NCBI GenBank assembly: GCA_030537895.1
Contig: JAUNVA010000002.1
Location: 69,949-133,948, forward strand
Source of the DNA: Bowdeniella nasicola
GTDB lineage: Bacteria > Actinomycetota > Actinomycetes > Actinomycetales > Actinomycetaceae
Length of the DNA: 64,000 bases
Direction: 5' to 3'
The notes beneath the pieces were generated by a model. That model was not told the origin of the DNA and did no database searches. It was given only the letters and a program-made list of their open reading frames with translations. Position numbers and translations under genes: made by a program. Each line of letters starts with the position of its first letter. The first letter of the stretch is position 1. Of this stretch, positions 56,999 to 64,000 are shown in pieces.

Positions 56999-57802
56999 GC
57001 TCACGATCCAAGAAAGGCCACAGCAGTATCGGCACGAATTGACGTGCGTGATCTGGACATCTATTACGGCGACTTCAAGGCCGTCGAAGGCGTCACGATG
57101 GCGATCGAGCCGCGCTCCATCACCGTCCTCATCGGGCCGTCGGGTTGCAGAAAACCAATCTTCTTGAGGACCCTCAACCGGATGCAAGAAGTGATACCGG
57201 GCGCTCGGGTCGACGGCGACGTTCTCATTGAGGGGCACGACCTTTACGACCCGAAGGCTGATCCCGTGCAGGTGCGGCGTCTCGTCGGCATGGTCTTTCA
57301 ACGACCGAACCCGTGTCCCACGATGTCGATTGCGGAGAACGTTCTTGCGGGGGTGAAGCTCAACCGGGGCAGGATCTCCGCATTCGAGGCGGCCGAGCTC
57401 GTCGAAACCTCGCTGCGCGGGGCAAACCTGTGGAACGAGGTGAAGGACCGCTTGGGCGCACCCGGCTCCTCCCTGTCGGGATGTCAGCAGCAGCGGCTGT
57501 GTATCGCGCGCGATCGCGGTGAAACCGCAGGTCATCCTATGGATGAGCCGTGTTCCGCGCTCGACCCGATCTCCACGCTCGCGATCGAGGACCTCATGGT
57601 CGAGCTGAAGGAGCAGTACACGATCGTGATCGTGACCCACACCATGCAGCAGACGGCCCGGGTCCCTGATCGCACCGGATTCTTCAACCTGAAGAAGACC
57701 GGGGATCCGGGGTGTCTCGTGGAGATCGACGAGACGGCGACGATGTTCTCCGCGCCGCAGCACCGCGATACCGAGGACTACAGCTCGGGTCGCTTCGGCT
57801 AG
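56999..57802 (+). pseudogene. pstB: Decayed pstB (phosphate ABC transporter ATPase): no ATG, mutated P-loop and signature motif, compensated internal frameshift
   Basis: [17 protein letters not shown]…[17 protein letters not shown] (canonical GPSGCGKST), LSGCQQQRL (canonical LSGGQQQRL), [17 protein letters not shown] (canonical CIARAIAVxPxVLLMDEP), and otherwise a clearly PstB-like sequence. Confidence 0.75.
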
Positions 57803-57809
57803 GGCGCCC

Positions 57810-58814
57810 CTAGCCGAGGATCGGCGTGAACACCAGGTACATGAGGGAGGCGACAAACGCGGAGGCTGGGATCGTGAGGACCCAGGCCAGCGCGATATTG
57901 CCAGCCACGCCCCAGCGCACCGCCGAGAGGCGACGGGTCGCGCCGACGCCCATGATCGCGGAGGTGATGGTGTGCGTCGTCGAGACGGGTGCGTGCCACA
58001 CGAACGCCGTCACGTACAGCACGGAGGCGGCAATCGATTCGGCGACGAACCCGCGGGCGGGGTCGAGCTCAATCATCTTGCGTCCGAGCGTGCGCATGAT
58101 GCGCCATCCGCCCGAGTAGGTTCCCAGTGAGATCGCACTGGCGGCTGCGAGCTTCACCCACAGTGGGATCCCGTCCTCGGGTCGAGCCCACCCGTGGGCG
58201 ACGAGCGCCAAGAAAATCACGCCCATCGTCTTTTGGGCGTCCTGCAGGCCGTGGCCGAGTGCCATGAGTGCGGCGGAGATGGTCTGGAGCATCCGGAAGC
58301 GCCGCATCGCCGGGTGGTAGGCCACGTTCCGCAGGCCCCACAGGAGCGCGATCATCGCGACATAGGACAGCGCGAAACCAATGATCGGTGAGAGCACCAT
58401 CGGGATCACGACCTTCTCGCCGATCACCCCCCAGTGGACGGTCGACGCGCTCATGACGCCCGCGCCCGCCAAACCGCCGATGAGGGCGTGCGAGGAGGAT
58501 GAGGGCAGACCGAACCACCACGTGATGAGGTTCCAGGTGACCGCGCCGACCAGCCCCGAGAAGACGATGGTGAGGCCATGCACGCCATCGACGGTGTCGA
58601 TAATGCCGGAACCGATCGTCTCGGCGACGCCGGTACCGAGCAGCGCGCCGATGAGGTTCATGACCGCGGCGAGGAGGAGGGCCGCCCGCGGGGTGAGGGC
58701 ACGTGTCGAAACGGAGGTCGCGATTGCGTTCGCGGCGTCGTGAAAGCCGTTCGTGTAATCGAAGACCAGGGCGACGGAGATGACGAGGATGACGAGAACC
58801 CCGGCGTAGTCCAC
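57810..58814 (-). CDS. pit: Inorganic phosphate transporter, PiT family
   Basis: GTG 58814 preceded by AAGGAG. FDYTNGFHDAANAIATSV PiT signature and its C-terminal repeat (WHAPVSTTHTITSAIMGVG). Confidence 0.88.
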   Translation of the reverse strand: MDYAGVLVILVISVALVFDYTNGFHDAANAIATSVSTRALTPRAALLLAAVMNLIGALLGTGVAETIGSGIIDTVDGVHGLTIVFSGLVGAVTWNLITWWFGLPSSSSHALIGGLAGAGVMSASTVHWGVIGEKVVIPMVLSPIIGFALSYVAMIALLWGLRNVAYHPAMRRFRMLQTISAALMALGHGLQDAQKTMGVIFLALVAHGWARPEDGIPLWVKLAAASAISLGTYSGGWRIMRTLGRKMIELDPARGFVAESIAASVLYVTAFVWHAPVSTTHTITSAIMGVGATRRLSAVRWGVAGNIALAWVLTIPASAFVASLMYLVFTPILG

Positions 58815-58815
58815 G

Positions 58816-59436
58816 TTAGGACTCCTTGATCGCGAGGGCCTCCACCACGTTGGCGAGGCGCTCGAAGCCGTCGACACCCTTTTCCAGGGCGGTGATGATG
58901 TCCTTGATCTTGATGATGCGCTTGGCGTCGTCTTCCTGGTCAAACAGGTCAGCCAGGAGCCGGCGGTAGGCGCGGTCTGCCTCGTTTTCGAGGCGGTTGA
59001 TTTCGACCCAGTAGTCGCGCAGTGACTCCATCGAACGCAGGCGCGGCATCGCTTCGGCAGTTAGCTCCGCGCAGCGCTGCAGAACCCGGACCTGTTCGAT
59101 GGCTCGTTCCGGCAGCGAACCGATCTGGTAGAGCACAATCAGATCGCCGGCCTCATCCATGTAGTCCATGCAGTCATCGAGGCTTCCCGCGAGCAACGAG
59201 AGGTCGTCTCGGTCCAGAGGCGTGACAAACGTGGCGTTGATCTTTTGATAGAAACGGTGCGTGCACGAGTCGGCGTCGTTCTCCACCTTGTGGAGCTTCG
59301 CAGCCAGCGCCTCGCGGTCGCGCATGTCGGCGTTCAGGAGCTGCACGAGCAATTCGGCGCCACGCACCAGGTGCTGCGCGGCTTCCGCGAGGATCTCGAA
59401 GAACTGATTGTCCTTCGGTGTGAGTCGAAAACCCAC
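58816..59436 (-). CDS. DUF47 (PhoU-like, Pit accessory) protein
   Basis: GTG 59436 after AAGGAG. 206 aa helical protein (…KVENDADSCTHRF…LENEADRAYRRLLADLF…), directly upstream of pit as is typical. Confidence 0.82.
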   Translation of the reverse strand: MGFRLTPKDNQFFEILAEAAQHLVRGAELLVQLLNADMRDREALAAKLHKVENDADSCTHRFYQKINATFVTPLDRDDLSLLAGSLDDCMDYMDEAGDLIVLYQIGSLPERAIEQVRVLQRCAELTAEAMPRLRSMESLRDYWVEINRLENEADRAYRRLLADLFDQEDDAKRIIKIKDIITALEKGVDGFERLANVVEALAIKES

Positions 59437-59841
59437 GGCTACTCCTTGGTTGGTCGCATGGGGGTGCGCGGAGCGCATTCGCGTCCAGACTATGCCACGG
59501 GAAGCGATTCACCTATCTGGAGCAAGAGCCATGTACGCGGATTGTTCATCGAGTCAACGGAATATCGTCATACGACACTTTTGGGGTCTCGCGCAAGGGC
59601 CAATGGTCGCGGACGACGAGGGGAGTTGTCCCGGGGAGGTGAGGCGGTGGCCTCGTTGGCGGCGGGCATACAAGGGCCCCGGACCGGCGAGCGCCTCACG
59701 GCGCGAGGCCGCTCGAAGCGGCAAATGTTGGAGCCCGGGGCTTGCCGATCCGGGGCTTCCAGTAGTGTAGTGTGTCGCGATGCCAGACGCGACAGGTCGT
59801 GGGATACCTCGCACTCCGCCTCGCGTGACAGATGGTGCACA

Positions 59842-60660
59842 ATGGGGAGCACACCCACGTTCGGTCAGGGGGCTATTCAGGTGATGACGGCATCGACGCG
59901 CAGCGTCGTGACGGCCGCGGGCGCCACCGCCCTCGCTGCCACCGCCTTTGTGCGTGTCGACCCCCCGCTCGTGGGGCTCATTCCGGCCCTCCTGCTCGGT
60001 GTTGGCGCCGCGGTGTTCGCAGCCGGCTGGCCGCGCCTGCTCGGCGTCCCGGCCCAACGTGGCTCCAGCGTCGTTATCGCACTCACGGGCTGGGCGGCGC
60101 TCGGCAGCGCCGTGCTCACGCAGATGTTTTCCTACCTTCCGGCGATCCTCGCGGGCGGCGTCATCGCCGCGTTTGTGCACCAGATGCTCCGCAAGGACGG
60201 GCGCCCCCGTCTGGTCGAGAGCCTGTCGGCGACGGTCGCGGGCGTGATCGTCGCCGTCTTTGCCGCCGGTTGGGTCACGACGATCACACGGTTCCTGCAG
60301 GCCGACGCCCGCGCCCACCCGAACCCCACGGCCCTCATCCTCACGGCCGCATGTGCACTCACCGTGGCGTGCGTGGCGACGGCGTTCACGCCGCGCGCCA
60401 TTGCGGGCACCGCGGCGACCCTTGCCGCGGGGGTCCTGGGTGCACTCCTCGGTTGGATTTTCCCGGCCGTCGGGCTCGTCGCGGGCGCGGCTCTCGGCGC
60501 GTGCCTCGGCCTCTTGCAGTCCAGCGTGCAGCACGCCTTCGAGTTGTTCCCCTCCTCGCGGCGGGTGCGGCCCGCCCTTTCGGCCGCGCTCCTGCCGGTC
60601 CTCGCGGCGGGTGTTCCCGTCTACACCATCGCCCGGGTCATCGCTAACCTGGGGGTATGA
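59842..60660 (+). CDS. Hypothetical Ala/Gly-rich polytopic membrane protein; start uncertain (ATG 59842 or 59884)
   Basis: About 8 hydrophobic segments and high GC3. 4-nt overlap with the downstream nitrobindin-like gene. Confidence 0.55.
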   Translation: MGSTPTFGQGAIQVMTASTRSVVTAAGATALAATAFVRVDPPLVGLIPALLLGVGAAVFAAGWPRLLGVPAQRGSSVVIALTGWAALGSAVLTQMFSYLPAILAGGVIAAFVHQMLRKDGRPRLVESLSATVAGVIVAVFAAGWVTTITRFLQADARAHPNPTALILTAACALTVACVATAFTPRAIAGTAATLAAGVLGALLGWIFPAVGLVAGAALGACLGLLQSSVQHAFELFPSSRRVRPALSAALLPVLAAGVPVYTIARVIANLGV

Positions 60661-61394
60661 CCACCGAACTTGGGCCGGAGGTCCGGCCGCTCGCTTTTCT
60701 GCACGGCACGTGGCGCGGATGGGGGATCGGTGCCGCCTACGGGCTCGAGGACCAGCCACTCATCTACCGCCTCACGATTGACCACGACGGCGGCCCCTAC
60801 CTGCGTGCGGACGCCGAGATCGCGATCGGGCACACCGCCTCCGGGGTGATTGACGCGGCGGCGGGCCCCGCCGAGGGCTACCGCCAGCTCGAGCAGACGG
60901 CGCTGTGGGGTGTCGAGACGCTCTATCTGCGGATCCCCCCGGCGGTCGTCGGCATGAGCGAGGGGCCCATCCCCGTCGAAGGGATGCTCGCTGACCCGGC
61001 CGGTTTCGTCGCGGTCCTCGCGGGTAACTGCGCCACTCATGCGCTCGCGCTCGAGAGCACGGCGCTGCACCTCACGCCGTCGGGCGCAAACGTCACGGCA
61101 CTACAGCGCGAATTTCTCCTGAACTCCGAGGACCATCTCCTCGTGCGGGCCCGCCTCGCCGCCTTCGGTGAGGAGCTCGGCGAGTACTGGACCTGTCAAC
61201 TCGAGCGCGTCCTCGAGGGCTGCGCGTGCGGTGCCGGCGACGAGTGCGGTGGGTGTGGCAAGGACGGCGGCTGCGGATGTTGTGCAGACGAGAGAGGCTG
61301 CGGGTGTTGTGCGGACGAGGGGGGCTGCGCGTGTGGCGGTGGCTCCAGCTCACCCCAGGAGGCCACCGAGGCCGCGGGGAGCGACCGTGCCTGA
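60657..61394 (+). CDS. FABP/nitrobindin-like (DUF1794) beta-barrel protein with a C-terminal cysteine-rich extension
   Basis: N-terminal LAFLHGTWRGWGIG motif of the family. The last ~45 aa contain 12 Cys (CACGAGDECGGCGKDGGCGCCADERGCGCCADEGGCACGGG). Confidence 0.7.
   Translation: MTTELGPEVRPLAFLHGTWRGWGIGAAYGLEDQPLIYRLTIDHDGGPYLRADAEIAIGHTASGVIDAAAGPAEGYRQLEQTALWGVETLYLRIPPAVVGMSEGPIPVEGMLADPAGFVAVLAGNCATHALALESTALHLTPSGANVTALQREFLLNSEDHLLVRARLAAFGEELGEYWTCQLERVLEGCACGAGDECGGCGKDGGCGCCADERGCGCCADEGGCACGGGSSSPQEATEAAGSDRA
61269..61343 (+). repeat. 27-bp in-frame tandem repeat (about 2.7 copies) encoding GCGCCADE(R/G)
   Basis: GGCTGCGGATGTTGTGCAGACGAGAGA / GGCTGCGGGTGTTGTGCGGACGAGGGG / GGCTGCGCGTGTGGCGGTGGC. 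Confidence 0.8.
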
Positions 61395-62493
61395 GCCCGC
61401 CATTCTCGCCGCCCTGCATGGACTTCCCGACGCGGTCTTCACCGAGGACCTCCTCCTGCACCGGGGCCGTCCCGCTCACGAGTTTCGAGACTTCATGGCC
61501 GGCCGGGCCGTCGTGCCGCGCACCGACATGGTGGCCATCGCAATCAGCGGGGCCGACCGCCTCACGTGGCTGCACACGCTTACCTCCCAGCACCTGTCCG
61601 ACCTCCGCCCCGGGGTCGGCACCGAGGCTCTGCTGCTCACCTTCAACGGGCACGTCACCTCGGCGCTCGCGCTCGTCGACGACGGCGAATGCTGTCTCGC
61701 CTACGTTGACGCCGTCGCCGCTGAGGCCACCATCACGCACCTGAATTCGATGCGCTTCGCCTCGCGGGTCGCGGTTGAGCCTCGGGACGGACTGGTCCTG
61801 GAGGTCGCCGGGCCCGGGATTGAGGAGCCACCTGTGCCCCTTGCCCATGTCTGGCGAGATCCCTGGCCCGAGGTGGCCGGCGGCACCACCTACACGCCGC
61901 CCGGCGTCTCCCCCGAGCCGCTGGAGCGCGCCTTCGGGCTCGTCGAGCCGCAGGAGGCGAGGGCCTTCCTGACCGCCCACCCGGACGCCGTCGTCGGCAC
62001 GCTCGCCAGCGAAGCCGCACGCATCGCGGCGTGGCGGCCGCGCTTTGCGAGTGAGGTAGACGAGCGCACCATTCCCCACGAGCTGGACTGGCTGCGTACC
62101 GCCGTCCACCTGGACAAGGGCTGCTACTGCGGGCAGGAGACCGTGGCACGGGTCGTGAACCTTGGTCGGCCACCGCGTCGCCTCGCCCTGCTCGATCTGG
62201 ACGGCTCTGCCGAGCACCTGCCCGCTCCCGGTGCCGCCGTCACGCTCGGTTCGCGCGACGTGGGGCATGTGACCTCAGCGGTGCGACACCCCGAGGATGG
62301 TCCCATCGCGCTCGCCTTGTTGAAGCGGCGCACTCCGCCAGAGGCGGATCTCACGGTCGACGGCGTCGCGGCCGCCCAGCAGGTCATCGTGAGTCCCGAC
62401 GGCGTGAGCGCCGCCCGGCCCGAGAACCGACCGGGCGCGGAGCTGCGCTCCGGGGCTCGTCAGCTGCGCCGCCTTGACCCCGGTCGCCGCTAG
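61387..62493 (+). CDS. ygfZ: YgfZ/CAF17-family folate-binding Fe-S cluster repair/assembly protein
   Basis: GTG 61387 overlaps the upstream stop region. Signature KGCYCGQE and an aminomethyltransferase-like N-terminal fold. Confidence 0.82.
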   Translation: MPEPAILAALHGLPDAVFTEDLLLHRGRPAHEFRDFMAGRAVVPRTDMVAIAISGADRLTWLHTLTSQHLSDLRPGVGTEALLLTFNGHVTSALALVDDGECCLAYVDAVAAEATITHLNSMRFASRVAVEPRDGLVLEVAGPGIEEPPVPLAHVWRDPWPEVAGGTTYTPPGVSPEPLERAFGLVEPQEARAFLTAHPDAVVGTLASEAARIAAWRPRFASEVDERTIPHELDWLRTAVHLDKGCYCGQETVARVVNLGRPPRRLALLDLDGSAEHLPAPGAAVTLGSRDVGHVTSAVRHPEDGPIALALLKRRTPPEADLTVDGVAAAQQVIVSPDGVSAARPENRPGAELRSGARQLRRLDPGRR

Positions 62494-62927
62494 GAGGCGG
62501 AGGAGGACAGGACGATGCTGTCGCCGTCGAGCGTGACGGCGACTGGCTCGAGGCCCTCACGGGCCGGGCCACGCTGTACGGAGCCGTCGTCGGTGGAGAA
62601 CAGGGAACCGTGGCACGGGCAGTCGAGCATGCCCTCCTTCAGGCGCACGGTGCAGTTGGCGTGGGGGCACACGGCCGTGAACGCCCTGACCTCGCCGTCG
62701 ACGTCGAGTACCACGATCTGCAGGCCCGTGGAAGTGCGCGCCACGAAGGCGCCGTCCTCGAAATCGGAGACGGATCCGACGGACTCGCCTGCGGGCCCCG
62801 GATCGATCGCCTCATCGGAGCCGGAACACGCCACGAGGGCGCTCCCCCCGAGGCCGGCGGCGAGTGCGAGGGCCGCCCGGCGGTTCAGTTCGGGGCTGGG
62901 ATCAGAAGAATGGGAGGCACACGACAT
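62490..62927 (-). CDS. Rieske [2Fe-2S] domain lipoprotein with twin-arginine-type signal
   Basis: NRRAALALAAGLGGSALVAC (RR plus lipobox). Rieske ligands CPHANC … CPCHGS. Confidence 0.82.
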   Translation of the reverse strand: MSCASHSSDPSPELNRRAALALAAGLGGSALVACSGSDEAIDPGPAGESVGSVSDFEDGAFVARTSTGLQIVVLDVDGEVRAFTAVCPHANCTVRLKEGMLDCPCHGSLFSTDDGSVQRGPAREGLEPVAVTLDGDSIVLSSSAS

Positions 62928-62970
62928 ACTCTCAGTATGTCGAAAGAATCGAATACGGGAGCGTGAGACC

Positions 62971-63402
62971 ATGCGTGCGGTGATTCAGGTCGTGACGGAA
63001 GCGTCGGTCGAGATCGAAGGGGAGGTCGTCGGGAGGATCGAGGAACCGGGCCTCGTCGTCCTCGTGGGTGCCACCCATGACGATGGCGAGGAGCAGTGCC
63101 AGTGGCTGGCACGAAAGATCACGGACCTGCGAATCTTGCGTGAGGAGAAGTCAGCCCTCGACGTGGGGGCGCCCGTGCTCCTCGTGTCCCAGTTCACCCT
63201 GTATGCGGACGTGAAGAAGGGGCGGCGCCCCTCGTGGTCGAAGGCCGCTCCCGGGCCCGTGGCCGAACCCCTCGTGGACCGGCTTGCCGAGCTGATTCGC
63301 GAGCGCGGACTCACCGTCGAGACGGGCCGCTTCGGCGCCGACATGCAGGTGAGTCTCACGAACGACGGCCCCGTCACGATCATCCTCGACACTCCGGCCT
63401 AG
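62971..63402 (+). CDS. dtd: D-aminoacyl-tRNA deacylase
   Basis: MRAVIQVV…LLVSQFTLYAD…SLTNDGPVTIILD. Confidence 0.93.
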   Translation: MRAVIQVVTEASVEIEGEVVGRIEEPGLVVLVGATHDDGEEQCQWLARKITDLRILREEKSALDVGAPVLLVSQFTLYADVKKGRRPSWSKAAPGPVAEPLVDRLAELIRERGLTVETGRFGADMQVSLTNDGPVTIILDTPA

Positions 63403-63579
63403 GGGCACGGGCCGTCCGTGGGGTGGCGCCCAGTGGCCGCGGGCAGGGTTCCGCGGCGACTAGCCCCCGGAACGCAGCCAGCGATGCGCGGTCATCTCGC
63501 CTGTGGCGAACAGAGCAGGGGTTTGGCAACGGGCGTGGATACCATCGACTATTGCCATACCCATCCCTGAGGAGAGCAG

Positions 63580-64000
63580 ATGTTCGAACGGTTCACCGAT
63601 CGCGCCCGGCGAGTCGTGGTGCTCGCGCAGGAAGAGGCGCGCATGCTCAACCACAACTACATCGGCACGGAGCACATTCTGCTCGGCCTCATCCACGAAG
63701 GTGAGGGCGTAGCGGCCCGTGCCCTCGAGGCGATGGACGTCTCCCTGGACGGCGTGCGCGAGCAGGTGATTGCGATGATCGGCGAGGGCCAGCAGGCGCC
63801 CTCCGGCCACATCCCGTTCACCCCACGCGCGAAGCGTGTTCTCGAGCTGTCGCTGCGCGAAGCACTCCAGCTGGGGCACGGCTACATCGGTACCGAGCAC
63901 ATCCTGCTGGGCCTCATCAAGGAGGGCGAGTCCGTCGCCTCCCAGGTCCTCGTGAAGCTCGGCGCCGACCTGCAGGGCGTGCGCCAGCAGGTCATGATGC
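63580..64000 (+). CDS. clpC: ATP-dependent Clp protease ATP-binding subunit ClpC, N-terminal 140 codons (continues past the right edge)
   Basis: [55 protein letters not shown]… with the duplicated Clp_N repeat. Confidence 0.93.
   Translation, partial: MFERFTDRARRVVVLAQEEARMLNHNYIGTEHILLGLIHEGEGVAARALEAMDVSLDGVREQVIAMIGEGQQAPSGHIPFTPRAKRVLELSLREALQLGHGYIGTEHILLGLIKEGESVASQVLVKLGADLQGVRQQVMM

Noticed and set aside
59507-59550. PHO-box-like half sites ATTCACC (59507) and GTTCATC (59544) upstream of DUF47-pit.
   Set aside because: They are 37 nt apart, not a multiple of 11, and are isolated single units. That is not enough for a PhoP-type direct-repeat site.
59620-59735. Possible yybP-ykoY (Mn2+) riboswitch: GGGGAGTTG, then CATACA, then TTGGAGCC in the right order upstream of a membrane protein.
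   Set aside because: The strand that should pair with CAUAC (GUAUG) is absent downstream. The spacing is off, and the downstream protein lacks MntP/TerC/UPF0016 motifs. The resemblance is probably chance in G-rich sequence.
61269-61343. Tandem repeats here, at 39509-39574 and at 18880-19300 as a possible CRISPR or minisatellite array.
   Set aside because: All are in frame within coding sequences, have at most 3 units and no unique spacers. No CRISPR-like repeat-spacer structure occurs anywhere in the window.

Overview
High-GC Actinomycetota chromosomal core region, densely coding on both strands, with no rRNA, CRISPR array, transposase, integrase or prophage. The left third matches the gene order I recall from mycobacteria and corynebacteria: crp, nth, an EphE-like hydrolase, acs, a HAD hydrolase, then a Tad/Flp-type locus (Ssd-like ATPase, TadA, fused TadB-TadC, DUF4244 Flp-like pilin, two TadE-like genes) and a DUF1998 (MrfA/Rv3649-like) helicase. 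These are followed by PAP2, a methyltransferase, nrdDG with NrdR boxes, a repeat-containing membrane protein and a cell-wall amidase. The stand-out accessory segment is 21.1-27.4 kb, a compositionally lower-GC operon. It encodes NrfH, a NrfA whose five heme motifs are all CXXCH, a TPR membrane protein, ResB/CcsB (System II heme lyase) and a thioredoxin-like lipoprotein. The right half holds a ferredoxin-reductase/desaturase pair, purL, gdhA, an MFS exporter coupled to an unknown Rossmann-like protein, a frameshifted RNB ribonuclease, purF-purM, DUF3073, a BldC-like regulator and a holin-like/DUF3618 pair. It continues with a minimal LAXTG peptide gene, tRNA-Glu/Asp/Phe and tRNA-Lys, an mscS-msrB-EEP-eamA block, mshD, ppk, a MutT1-like Nudix, a collapsed pstSCAB remnant still preceded by a PHO-box-like repeat, an intact DUF47-Pit pair, a nitrobindin-like protein with a cysteine-rich tail, ygfZ, a Rieske lipoprotein, dtd and the start of clpC. 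All calls rest on reading the translations and motifs by eye. No database search was possible and most start codons are provisional.
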